Origin: Octopus vulgaris | Lineage: Eukaryota | Direction of reading: 5' to 3' | DNA: 64,000 nucleotides | Assembly: GCA_951406725.2 (NCBI GenBank) | Contig: OX597822.1 | Coordinates: 21,762,001 to 21,826,000 of the forward strand | Shown here: positions 51,320 through 64,000 of the stretch, in pieces | How the letters are laid out: each line of letters begins with the position of its first letter | How positions within the stretch are numbered: the first letter of the stretch is position 1 | Made by a program: the position numbers and the translations under genes | The notes under the pieces: model-generated | Databases searched by the model: none | What the model was told of the DNA's origin: nothing | Seen by the model: the letters and a program-made list of their open reading frames with translations, nothing else

Positions 51320-52130
51320 CTTAGGATACCTGGATTAATCTAGTTAAACAGAAACATAGGAGAAAAAGAATGTCAGCAGGAAGATATGTATTCATATACC
51401 ACAATCTAGATGATTGCAGCAACATCATCAGAAATAGTAGTTGCTTCTGGACATGTGATTGATGCGGCACATCTCACTTAGAAGGACGTGCCTTTGCCAT
51501 TCAAGAACAGGAGATAACTACTAAATATCTGGTCAATAAAAGAGATAAGAATGCCTTGAAACCTACTTGCTTTGATAGAAAGTGTTGATTATGCTATACC
51601 AATGTGAAAGAGGGCAGTTCCTCAACAACTACCAAGAATTAGCTGCAAATTACTACTTTCTCATAAGCTGTGACATTGTTATCAAAACCATTTGTAATAC
51701 TATCTGCAAGATGGACTTTCCTGCCAGCTATATCAAAACACATCAGTACCAGAATACTTCCACATCTTTAAAAATAAGGAATACTTGTGGGGCATTCCAG
51801 TAAAATCAGTGATCTAATGTAAACAAAGATCTGATATTTTTCTATGGAATGGGTAACAAAAGTCCTGCGTTGTCATGGAATTAAGCTGCCTGGCAGATAT
51901 GAATGTTATGCATTAAGTTGTACAATAAGAGAACATCAACGCTGAACTCTTGCAGAACTTAAAACTCTTCAACCCAAACTATAGATTTACGTTTATATCT
52001 GCTGTTACAGTTACAGTGGGCTATATAACCATCTATTTCCATAAAATCTGAGGAAAACAAAAAGATTTGTAACCTTCAAAGTGGAAGTGAAAATTTACAA
52101 AATATTCCCAAAATTCTGCTTTTGAGTTTC
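51320..52130 (+). mobile_element. R4/Dong-type (RLE) non-LTR retrotransposon 3' fragment
   Basis: LEGRAFAIQEQEITTKY (cf. EGF..AIQDQ), CDIVIKTI (RHD motif) and VVMELSCLAD (RLE motif); decayed. Confidence 0.6.
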
Positions 52131-52664
52131 CTAGGATGCACATATACAAATGTGTGTGACATCTGCACACATAGTTGTCACACACTTGTGTATTGAAGTA
52201 TCATACACATCAGCTGCATCGGTGCAAACATATCCTCACAAACACCTACATATACATGCCTATTATTTCACATGTTTACCAACATCTGAAGCTAACCTAA
52301 CTCAAACAAAAAAGCTTGTTAATGACTGGCTGAAAATCATTTAAGAACTTAGAGATATATGAAGAAAAAATCATTTAAGACCTTAGAGATGTATGAAGAA
52401 AAACTACAAACAAGTCTAACTGCATATCTTTCAAAAGCTTAACCATTTTTCTAATATCTGATGAGGAATGTCATAAGTTCTTAGGGATAAATGAAAATAT
52501 AGGATTGCTCTTGTAGCAAGAGGTAAATAACCAGAGAATATTAAATGTTAATTAAAAAAATATGATCATCAACTTTCCTCAAACACTAGACCATTGCTAA
52601 ATGACTGTTAGTTAACAATATACTAATTAGCATTGCCTTTCTCATTTCTAAAAATTTCCAAATA

Positions 52665-53058
52665 ATCATCATCATCATCATCATCATCATCATTTAGCGT
52701 CCGCTTTCCATGCTAGCATGGGTTGGACGGTTCAACTGGGGTCTGGGAAGCCAGAAGGCTGCATCAGGCCCAGTCTGATCTGGCAGTGTTTCTACGGCTG
52801 GATGCCCTTCCTAACACCAACCACTCCGTGAGTGTAGTGGGTGCTTTTTACATGCCACCTGCACAGGTGTCAGACAGGGCTGGCAAACGGCCATGGACTG
52901 ATGGTGCTTTTTATGTGCCACCGGCACAGGGGCCAGATGAGGCTGGCAACGGCCATGATCAGATGGTGCTTTTTACGTGCCACCAGCACGGGGCCAGGCG
53001 AGGCTGGCAATGGCCACGAATGGATGGTGCTTTTTACGTGCCACCAGCACGGAGGCCA
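52665..53058 (-). mobile_element. RTE LINE 3' UTR copy with minisatellite
   Basis: Same sequence as 2152-2580. Confidence 0.8.
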
Positions 53059-53789
53059 TCCTTACTAAAAATTACCACCCAGAGTAGCATTTATAAGATA
53101 GATAACCAGATGCCTCAAATTGTTCTTACAAAATTACTGTACTACCAACAATATTTTAACACCTAGTCAAGCGGGGAGGGAAGAAGGGTGTGTGGGACAG
53201 TATAAAGCAGTTATAATAATTTGACAATCTAGGAAAAACAGTAAAGAAGCACAGGAAGTTGGTAATTAGTGTGGCTAGACTACTAGAAAGCCTTGATAGT
53301 CTAATGGGTTATTAGAACATAACACCTAACCAAAGTATGATAGCCACTGGTTGCTGTTAATATTTAAACAAGTCAAATTGAAAGCTTGAGATTAAAAATA
53401 GTTTTCTCATGAAGCTATATTTATTTGAAATTTCAAAAATTAAAATGTAAAACTCAAAGTACTAGCAAATCAATGTTATCTATTTTAAAAGTATATTATG
53501 TTAAAAGTTTTTGAAATTTAGAAGAAAAATTTAAACTTAGAATTCACAGGTCTTGAGCTTATAATATGATAATGTTTCATGAATCTTGCTGACAGTTGAT
53601 TACACTGTATGAAGAGTGTCGGGGGTGCATTAGATATATCCAAATGGATGCCAATTATAACAATTTTCATTAAACTTATAACTGAAAATTCAAATTGAAA
53701 TTTTTAAAAGATGCAAAATTTCAAGTACAAGTAAATGAAAAATATTTATTTTCAAAAGTACTAAGTCTAAATATGTTTTTGAAAATAAG

Positions 53790-54500
53790 TTGTCTGAAGA
53801 GTATATTGTTGAGAATATATCTAATGTATATTGATTGAAAAGTGTATTATGGAATATTTTTATCGGATGGAATATATATTTTGCAATAAATTAATTATTC
53901 AAAATGTATATTGTATGTATATGTATATTATATTATAATATATTAAAACTGCATTGTATGGAAAGTATTATCATGTAATAATATATGTGGATAAATACTG
54001 TGCGTCAATGCATTGTGTGAAATACATACTGTGTATAGAATATATTGTGTGGTATGTTTATTACATGATTTAAATATGTATCAGATATGAATATGAGTCT
54101 TAATCTATGCAGAAAAGGAATTAAAAAAGTTTTAAAAAGTTGAAGTACATAAAATACAAATTTAAACAATTCAGTATTATTGCAAAAAAAAAAAGCGTTA
54201 CTGAAAATAACTGCCAAATTAAAAGTATATTATGTGAAAGTAATGTTACATTAAAGTATAATTGTGTGAAATATCAAAAATGTGTTGTCTAAAATGTGTA
54301 CGTCATCAAAAATACATTATATGGAAAGTATATGAAATGAAAAACATTGTGTGGGAAGTGTATTTTGTGAAAATATATTGTAAATTATTAAAAATGAATA
54401 AGCAATTTTTTTAGAAATATTAAAAATTTCAAATTATAATTTTTTTGTGTGAAAATAGTTTGTGAAAATCTTTTTATGTGAAAAAATATTAGTATTTAAG
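53790..54500. repeat. Degenerate AT-rich minisatellite-like tract
   Basis: Recurrent atatattgtgtgaaa/aagtatattatg motifs. Confidence 0.5.
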
Positions 54501-55571
54501 AGGAATAATTGGGAAATCTAATACAATAGCATTATACGTGAATATGACTTTGTATTATTTGAATTGGTAGCAACCTCTGGTAATATTTTCAGCATATTCT
54601 AAGCATTAAAAAAAAAACAACTTTTATATGTGTTGGTCTGAGAAGAAAGTGCATACCTATAGATTTCATTGCATTTCCTAGTGCAATGACTTTATCAGTT
54701 GCTTACAGACATTTGCTTACAAAGTCATTTAAGTTAAGAGGAAGTGGATAAATATAATCTAAATAGATTGTGAAGATCCTTTTGGCAAAGAACCCCGAAA
54801 AATCAACTGCAATTTAAAAGATGATAAAACAGAAATTAAGTCATGTACTAAAACATTTTCATGTCTGGTAGACATCATGTGTTTATTGTGGGGGAAAATA
54901 CCCCTTATAAACAGTGGGCATGTTTACCAGTTGTTCATTGACAATACATTTGAAGTGCACTTGTGAATGAATCTCCTGAATCATTTGATACTGTGGAGCT
55001 TGATTGGGCAATGGTTTTATGGGCATGTGTGTGCATGTGTGTATGCATGTGTATGTGTGTGTGCATACAAAGGGCTTCTATGCAGTTTTTGCTCATAAAT
55101 CAACTTGAGGCTATGAAACAAGATTCTTGGCCAACATACAATGCATCTATAAGGGTCTCTGCTCTTTGGAGTTGGATGGGCTTGAAACCACTGCACTTAG
55201 AGACATTAATTTGCAACCTACCTTTCCTCCTTTCATTTCCTTTGTTGTGTTCTACCATCCTGGCTTTGCACTGTTCCTTCCCAGAACATCAGCCCTATGG
55301 AATTCCCACACTTCCGTATCTTTCCTGTAAGTGTTGACTTACAAAAGTTCAAGATGACCATTAATAGGCTCGATCTCGCTTGCCTGGAAGGGCCTGCAAA
55401 GTTTTTGTGTGTGAGTGTATGTTTCTTTCTTTTCATCAAATAATAGAAGTGAAGTGAGAGAATAAATAAATGTCTGTTCCATTTGTTGACAGTTGTTTCA
55501 CAGCCTGTGTTAATCACATAAGCAGTGCTACACAATCCTTATCTCTCTCCCTCTCTCATACACACACACAC

Positions 55572-55644
<73 letters not shown>

Positions 55645-56133
55645 AACAAAAAAGCAAATTGTGTTGTAGCATAACAAACAGATTACACAGAATGTTTCAT
55701 AGGAACTCAATACACAAGACTCTGCTATGAAATAGCAAATAATTTCATTATGTAATCACAGATAATTTATTGGTATATTTTTATATATATGACAGGTGAT
55801 GTAGCATTGTTTATTCAAATAACAAAGATTACAAAAAAAACTGTCAAAAAATGGAATAAACACCTATTCTTTCACCTCACTTCTCTTATCCAATCACTTT
55901 TTATACATACTCTCCACTATTGGGACTCCTGGATTTTCAGAATGATTGTGAAGTTTTAGCCTAGTCTTAACCTTTGTTTTTCTTGATAGCTGCACATCAG
56001 GCAAAGAACTTACTGTAAGTCCTATTTGATTCTTTGTACCTCTTGTCTTGTGTGTATGTGTATCCACACACGTATAGAGAGAAATCAGACTTGTTTCCTT
56101 GCCACCTGTTGTCAGGGGGAGTCTCATGAGAAG

Positions 56134-56550
56134 TACTCTTTTACTCTTTTACTTGTTTCAGTCATTTGACTGTGGCCATGCTGGAGCACCACCTTTTAGT
56201 CGAGCAAATCGATCCCAGGACTTATTCGTATGTAAGCCAAGTACTTATTCTATCGGTCTCTTTTGCCGAACCGCTAAGTTACAGGGATGTAAACACACCA
56301 GCATCAGTTGTCAAGCGATGTTGAGGGGACAAACACAGACACACAAACATATACGCATACACATACATATATGTATATATATATATATACGACGGGCTTC
56401 TTTCAGTTTCCATCTACCAAATCCACTCACAAGGCTTTGGTCGGCTCGAGGCTATAGTAGAAGACACTTGCCGAAGGTGCCATGCAGTGGGACTGAAGCC
56501 GGAACCATGTGGTTTGTAAGCAAGCTACTAACCACACAGCCACTCCTACG
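56134..56550 (-). mobile_element. Full-length Octopus-type SINE
   Basis: Same family as 16097-16522. Confidence 0.9.
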
Positions 56551-57648
56551 AAGTGGTGATAAAGATTAAAGTTGTCTGCACCAAAAGCGAAGTACAAATA
56601 CATCTTAAGCCATGTCTTTCAACAAAACAGTACTAATTTAATTCCTTAAAATATTTTGCAGGCCGTCAAGATTATAATTACTAATGACCAACAGTGATAA
56701 TGATTCATATTAATATGCAAATATGTCTCAATTTATCTTATTGCAAATATTGTGCAAATATACCTTGATTTATCTTATGGCTAGTACACCAAAGACAAAG
56801 TAGGTGAATGGTAATGAAAGCTTTATCAATAACAAAATGGAATGCAAATGTTAGCACACAGCTAGCACACCCTGACAACGTAGAAGGAGCAGTCTCTATC
56901 CAGGACTAAATTATTTCCTGGCTGCTAAAGGAACTTGACATTGACTGTAAAAAATTTTAGATCTGGCAGTAACCACAAAACCATTAAAGCAACATTATTC
57001 CTGTGATTTTTGTTTGCTATAAAATGGCAATAACTGCCACCACTAATAATCACTTGATGTAGTTGAGAAGTCTGAGGAAATCAGGAAACATTGATAGAGC
57101 TAAGGACTTTATTGTTTCAAACTTAAAATAAAGGACTAATAAAGAAATACAAAAAATATATAAAGAAAAATGATAAAGAAATACTGACCCCAAAAATGTG
57201 TGTGAGAGAGAGAGACAGAGGAAACTCTAGTTTAAACAGATTATTGAAGTGAAGGTTGCTTTGTCAATTTATAGTGATGTAGCAAATGTTTATTTGTGAA
57301 TTCATAGCCCTATAACAGCACCACATCATATCTATGACCAAGAATTTCTTAAAATGATTCTGTATTTTAAATCCTAAAATACTGGTCCACCTAACTGAAA
57401 ACAGATACAAAATAGGAAAAGCAATGTAATCCCTTTCTAGAAATAGTAGTAAAACTTGGTGAAATCAGACCAAACAGCATCTTTTAAAAACATCATCAGA
57501 CAAGTAATCTCAGAGTCACGCTGTTTGAATAAAAGATAGGATGGTAAAAAATGGAATGACTTTGACCATTGGTCTGCTCAGTCAGAGATGACATGGCATA
57601 AACAACAAAAAGCTGTACATGCATTGTTAAACTGGCAAATAGATCATA

Positions 57649-58038
57649 GGTAAGTAGCTTGTTTACCAGCCACATGGTTCCAGGTTCAGTCCCACTGCGT
57701 GGTACCTTGGGCAAGTGTCTTCTGCTATAGCCTCGGGCCGACCAAAGCCTTGTGAGTGGATTTGGTAGACGGAAACTGAAAGAAGCCCGTCGTATATATA
57801 TATATGTATATGTATGTGTATGTGTCTGTGTTTGTCCCCCTAGCATTGCTTTACAACTGATGCTGGTGTGTTTATGTCCCCGTCACTTAGCGGTTCGGCA
57901 AAAGAGACCGATAGAATAAGTACTGGGCTTACAAAGAATAAGTCCCGGGATCGAGTTGCTCGATTAAAGGCAGTGCTCCAGCATGGCTGCAGTCAAATGA
58001 CTGAAACAAGTAAAAGAGTAAAAGAGAGTAAAGAGTAA
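57649..58038 (+). mobile_element. Near full-length Octopus-type SINE
   Basis: ggtaagtagctt...ggttcagtccc...aaagagta tail. Confidence 0.9.
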
Positions 58039-59207
58039 TACTGGATTTAACTCTTCCAGTGGATCTGGTGAAACCAGTCTGGTGAAACTGCTCTAGTATT
58101 TATCAACAGAGTATACAGATCATTGGCTACACCAAATCTGAATGAGATTTGAATAAGCTGAAATCCCAATTCTCTGATTGCAAGAATCATTTTATCTCTG
58201 AGATTAATAACTTTAAAATTGTTTCAAAGCAGGCTAAATAGATATTCTTGCATACCTGTTTGCATATATCATATAATTTATTTTGCTCCATTTTGCTAAA
58301 TCTTCTCTTATGGATGATTAATTCAGGCTATCTCCTAACACAAATAATATGACAAAGAGAACATACATGTTTTATTCATGACTAAAATTTAGCAATCTAT
58401 GTATCTGGTATAATTGTCTTGTAAATTTTTAAATCCTTTTAAGCATGCCATAAGTAAGCCTGTTTCAATCATGAGCCCTAATTTGGAATTATCGCAAATA
58501 AAATAACTTCACTTATAAAAGTTTGAGCATGATACCCTTCTAACATTAATGATATGCCATTAATGATATGCCTGCCATAAATTTACTGGTAGAGTTTGCC
58601 TAGAGAATGTGTAAACCAAATGAAAATATCAAAATCATTATCCTTCAAGCAGATTATGAAGGAGTATTATCATGTTGTATATTACCAATTTGAGTTGAGA
58701 AAGTTGTTATATAAAAGGAAAGATGCTTTTAAAATATTCTATATATTTAATATTATGTAATAACAATTTCATAGCAGCAAAGCCCAATAATTTGACTGGT
58801 GAAAGATCTCAATATCATTATGTTTGTCACTAAAATGTTTAGTTGATATTTTCTTGCCATCCAGTAGGAGAGGAAATCTTGACTCATCCATGATGAAAAT
58901 ATGTATGACTCAAAAAACTCCCACTGCACCATCAGTCTCCTTTTTGTTAAGAATGACAGATATTAGAGATCTTAAAGGTCAAACTCTAATGCAAATTCTA
59001 AACTCATTAATTTTGTGTTTGGGTATCTTTAATCCTATTTCAGTCACTGGACTGTGGTCATGTTGAGACAACATCTTGAAAGTTTTAGTCAAACAAATTT
59101 ATACCAGTATTTTTTGCTGAACTGCTAAGTTACAGAATTGTAAAGAAGCCACATTGGTTCTCAAGTGGTGATGGTGGGACAAACTGATACAAAGACACAC
59201 ACATGCT

Positions 59208-59629
59208 TAAACAACAGTAGCATCATCCCTTAGGGGTCAGCCACATTTAGGTGGAAAATATACTTCATGATGTCATGCTGCTACTGTTTACATCTCACTC
59301 AGATATTTATTATTGCTTGCTTCTCCTTTTTCGAGATCAGTGACGGTTTGTCACTGGAAAAAGCATATAGTGTTTTGCATTTGGAATCATTTCTCATCTC
59401 TAGCTGGTGATTGTCACATGCTGATGATGGGTTACTACTCAGAAACACAGGTCCATGTTTATCATGTAAGGCTAGAGATGGGAATGATGATTCCCCTTCG
59501 CAAATACTGATTGGATACTGACAGTGTGTTATTAGCCAGCTGGAGAAGATGTCTACCTGGGGCTATAAACAACAGTAGCATCGTCCCATTTGGGTCAGCC
59601 ACATTTAGGTGGCAAATATACTTCATGAT
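59208..59629 (+). mobile_element. Retrozyme-like non-coding element: 358-nt monomer, 64-bp terminal redundancy, central HHR
   Basis: 59208-59271 is repeated at 59566-59629. It splits a decayed SINE (about 59030-59205 and 59650-59830) at its microsatellite. Confidence 0.8.
59416..59458 (+). ncRNA. Type I hammerhead ribozyme, canonical (GUC)
   Basis: acatg CTGATGA TGGGT-tact-ACTCA GAA AC-acag-GT C catgt. Predicted cleavage after C59453. Confidence 0.88.
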
Positions 59630-59838
59630 ATATATATATACATATATAGCGAGAGAAAGCGAGAGAGAAATATGTGATGAGTTTATTTAGTTTCTGTATA
59701 CCAAATCCACTCACAAGATACTGCTTAGTGTGGAGCTATAGTAAATACTTAGCCAAGTTGGCATGCAATGAGACTAATTCCAGAAATCATGTAGCTGAGA
59801 ACCAAACTTACCAAACAGCCACTCCTGCACACACACAT

Positions 59839-59902
<64 letters not shown>

Positions 59903-61729
59903 GTATATATATTTCCCCTAGCTTGTCATAAAATACTTAAACTTACATTTTATATCCAATGACTCGAGACTAGTCTGGTAGATACTGGTTTCCATATTAA
60001 ATTTAAAAGTGGATTTTCTTTCCAAATAAATGCACATATGAACTGCAAGACACAATCTAATATACTGTATAACCTGCCCCAAATGCAATGAGAATTATGG
60101 ATTCTTGCACATTGACAAACGAAAAGAATTGCATAAATTCTGCAAAGCAAGAATCTGGAAATGTGTGGAACCAGCAGATTTAAGATCTTTTCTTTCTACA
60201 AATGCCCAAGGGATGACTCAAAATACAAGAAGGCAAAGGAACTAAATCTTATAGAAAAAATTTTACCTAAACATGTAAAAAATATATATTTCTAAAAACA
60301 TGAGAAATCCTTATTAAAAAAACTAGTTTCCCAGAACCAAACCTGATTTCTACTGGATATTATTATTAATAATGTTTTCATTACTGTTACTAAACTAACT
60401 GGAAAAATTCACTTAAGCAACCAATATGCAACACGCACACACCTATACATGAATACACTTAAACAGACTCACACTTAGACATTTAAAAAACCTTCCAAAA
60501 GAATTTGATAGATTCTATTTTCTACAACTAGGTAACATAACAACTGCTCAATAATTTATTAGTCACATATTGACTAAAAGAAATTTATTGCAATTGAAAA
60601 AAAACTTAAAATTTTTAACTCATCATTAATTGCAACCATCCCAAAAATCACATTTTTTCTTTCTTTCTTTCTTTCTTTGACTATACCTCCAAATATTCAC
60701 CACACACTCATGCATATGCACACATTAATACACACATATAGATTCAAAATAACAAAGGCATCTCAAATAACTACTTCTAAATATTCCCTATTCAAAACTC
60801 AAGAAAGCAAATTTAAGTCCAGATTTTTTTTCAACTAATATTAAAAAAAAGGTTTGAATTTTCTATAAAAAAAAAACAATTATGATGAATCCCTAAAGGG
60901 GGTGAAAACAGTAAATAGATAGGTTTTATGCAAATTCTTGACTACCTTCATTTTCTAAATAAAAAAAAAATTAGTACGTCACTTCAAACAATCTATACAT
61001 ACATATGTCTGTGTGGCTGAGAGACCCACTTTCCAACCACATGGCTTCAAGTTCAGTCCATCTCTACAGCACCTTGGGCAAGTATCTTGTACTATAATCC
61101 CAGACCAACCAATGTCTTGCAAGTGAATTTAGTAGCCAGAAACTGTGTGGAAGAACATCACGTGTGTGTGTGTGTGTGTGTGTGTGCATGCGTTTGTGCT
61201 TGTATGCACACACATGTTTTTGTGTTTGTATATACCCAGATAAGTTAGCGAAAGAAACTGATTGAATGAGTACCAAACTTCATAAAATAAATATGGGGGT
61301 GGATTGTTTTGACTAAACTCCTTAAAGCAGTGCCCCTTGGATGACTGCAGTCTAGTAGCTGAAACAAATATATAAAGATTCACATGATGCTGTAGTACAT
61401 CTTATTGATAATGAATTTTATTTCACAACAACTAGGTCCTTTGTCCTGTGTGGCATCGTAGGCAAATGTCATTTTCTGCAGCTTGTGGTCAAATCATACT
61501 TTGGAAGGGAAAGTGAGTTGACAGAAAAACCTCTTGGATGGATAGTACCTGTAGGTCAAAGGTGCAGGCTTGTCGTATATATTGCAGTGATTCTGCATGA
61601 AAAAAGTTATGTTAAAGATATGAATCTATATAAAATGCTCAACCACTTCCACATTAATCAATGTGCATGTAATTCAGTTGATAAAACAACTGAATCCTCA
61701 TCATAGAATGATGGAAATTCACCACTAGC

Positions 61730-61789
<60 letters not shown>

Positions 61790-61844
61790 TTACACAAAAC
61801 GCAAAGTTGCCTTATGGAACAGTCATTTTAATGAGATTTTTTAT

Positions 61845-61960
61845 TTATTTATCACCCGATGAGATGTATCTGCACCACTGGATACTCCTGAACCAGTTTT
61901 TCTGTGTCCCACAAGAGGAGTCAATGCTAGATGTGTCGAAACAATTGTTGTGATGAATAA
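61845..61960 (+). ncRNA. Type I hammerhead with extended stem II (CCGATGA core)
   Basis: ttatttatcac CCGATGA gatgtatct...agatgtgtc GAA ACAATTGT T gtgatgaataa. Stem I is 11 bp. Confidence 0.75.
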
Positions 61961-62329
61961 TATATTCTCGTATATTCCATCTTCTGTCTTTCATTTGTTA
62001 TTTATATATTTACACATATATAAACACATACAAATGCTCACACAAACACACATATATACACATACACACATGCATATATACAAGCATGTATAATATATAT
62101 TTAAGGCACTAGCAATCGCTTTAGGGTTGGTGCTAATATATATGCTCCCAGCACACTCTGTAAAGAGCTTAGTGAATGAGTAGAGACAATGCAATATCCA
62201 ATAGAATTTTAATCTTACTGAGGACCTGATTTCCTCTCTAAATTTTTTTATTACATTTTGTAAATGCTGTTTGATACCTCTAACTCATCTAGGAGGACAA
62301 ATACTCCAAATAAGAGATGATTTGGACTG

Positions 62330-63110
62330 TGACAACTCATCTAACTCATGTTAACAGAAAATGCTAAAACGAAGTGATAATAATTACATATCCACTAGGG
62401 AAATGAATTGCTCAATACATAGAAATGGAGTGGGTAGGGACTCCATATGTTGTCTCCAGTGTGAGATATTGACACACAAGAAATGTTGTGGACTCACTGA
62501 CAAAGCTAATAGAGAAGATACACTTGGCATGTGGCAGGTGTACAAAAAGGATAAGTATTAAGAACACAGAAGAAATTGATTCTTTCAAATGTTCAGAAGG
62601 CTCTCTCTAAAAATGAAATAGTTGATAGTTTCTACTACCTTAGTGTTCAAATTAGTGATCTGAGAGAATAAGAGCTAGTGTTAGAAAAGGTTAGAAAAGG
62701 TTAAGTGAGCTATTATCAATGCTGATAACAAAGATTTTTCTCTCTTAGAGTGAAGGACAGACATGGAGTTTGAACTAGGATCCTACTTGGTAATGAGATG
62801 TGGGCCTTCAATGCAGAAGACTAGCAAAAACTAGAAAGAACTGAAACAAGCATTACACATTCACTGGATGTGTAGTATTAATATACATAAATGTTAGAGT
62901 ACAAATAAGCTATGAGAAAAATTGGGTAAGTGGCATCAGGTGCAATGTGCAGGAAAAAGGCTGCACAGGTAGGGGCATGTGATGTGTATAAATGTATATA
63001 GAATGTAGAGCTCTCTTAGTGGAACCTGTGGAAGAGGGAATCTGAGAAAGGCTTGGGATAAAATAATAAAGATTGATATAAAAATGCTGCATCACATGGA
63101 GGATATAACA
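62330..63110 (+). mobile_element. Decayed RTE LINE fragment with PHD-like insert
   Basis: CSIHRNGVGRDSICCLQCEILTHKKCCG; LGNEMW; GTCGRGN; homologous to 34962-36065. Confidence 0.7.
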
Positions 63111-63742
63111 AAGGACTTCACCATATCTGCATTGCCCTTTTTCATTCTTTTTTCCCTTGCATCACTCTTTATGCAAGGGACTTAGTTTCATGTTGTTTCA
63201 GTCTATGCAGCTGAAAAGGGATCACTCTCATTGTCCCCCATCACTTACTCTTACTTATGTCCACCTTTTCTATTATCCGTCACTCCCTTTCCTCCGTCTT
63301 CACCCCAGGCACTCTGTCTCTAACATAATACTCTTACACTTTTCTGGACTCTCTCCTCTTCCCCTCTCTGATCACATTATCTGAGTGAAAGTATGTCTTA
63401 TGGTACTGACTACTCTTTACATTTACAGTATTCAAGGCAACCTCCCCATCACTGATGGCATGACAAAAGCCACTCTGCCTGACATAAGGGAGCAGAGGAA
63501 AAGTAATGGTTGGGAGGTTCCTTTAATCCAGCGTCACTGGGTACTTGGCAGCCTCTTCAGAGTTGATGGTAAAAAAATATGCATCCAGTACACAACTGTA
63601 CATTAGTTAGTGATATGAAGGATGTCTAGCTGTAAAAAGCATATTATATCTAAAACTTTCAAGCAAGATGTGGAGTTCCAACCTGTTGGAAACTGCCAAA
63701 ACTTCCAAGTCATATGTGTGTATGTATATACACACACAAACA

Positions 63743-63776
<34 letters not shown>

Positions 63777-63778
<2 letters not shown>

Positions 63779-63945
63779 TACAAATGTATATATACAAATA
63801 TATATATCACCACCTTCCAAGCCATGTGTATGTATGTATATATATACACACATGCAAATATATATATATATTTACAAATGTATATATACAAATATATATA
63901 TCACCACCTTCCAAGCCATGTGTATGTATGTATATATACTCACAC
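63777..63945. repeat. 94-bp period tandem duplication
   Basis: tttacaaatg...caccaccttccaagccatgtg occurs at 63777 and 63871. Confidence 0.85.
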
Positions 63946-64000
63946 ATACAAAATATATATATACATACAAATATATGAGTAACTATTTGTGTGTGTAGGT

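Noticed and set aside
52455-52505. CTGATGA...GAAA
   Set aside because: Stem II is not adjacent to GAAA and stem I is weak.
57425-57503. Minus-strand CTGATGA...GAAA
   Set aside because: Only a 3-bp stem I; stems II and III are essentially unpaired.

Overview
AT-rich, microsatellite-dense eukaryotic DNA. The SINE and LINE families look like those of Octopus (coleoid cephalopod); this is an inference from repeat families. I could not support any host protein-coding exon, and most ORF-track entries are (TA)n/(CA)n translations. The window is largely decayed mobile DNA: Penelope-like elements (PLEs: several Naiad-type fossils and one Neptune-type copy with an intact ~300-codon thumb+GIY-YIG ORF), RTE LINEs with a PHD-like finger inside the RT, CR1- and R4-type fragments, DD37D (maT) and mariner transposons, Helitron, hAT and piggyBac MITEs, and tRNA-derived SINEs. 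The most notable signal is a dense set of type I hammerhead ribozyme (HHR) motifs read by eye: ten well-formed and several decayed. They sit in PLE terminal repeats and in small non-coding elements inserted at (TA)n tracts. These include two terminally redundant retrozyme-like monomers (358 and 565 nt), a fold-back element with two inverted HHRs, and a recurrent CCGANGA (U4C) core variant. Boundaries of decayed elements are approximate.
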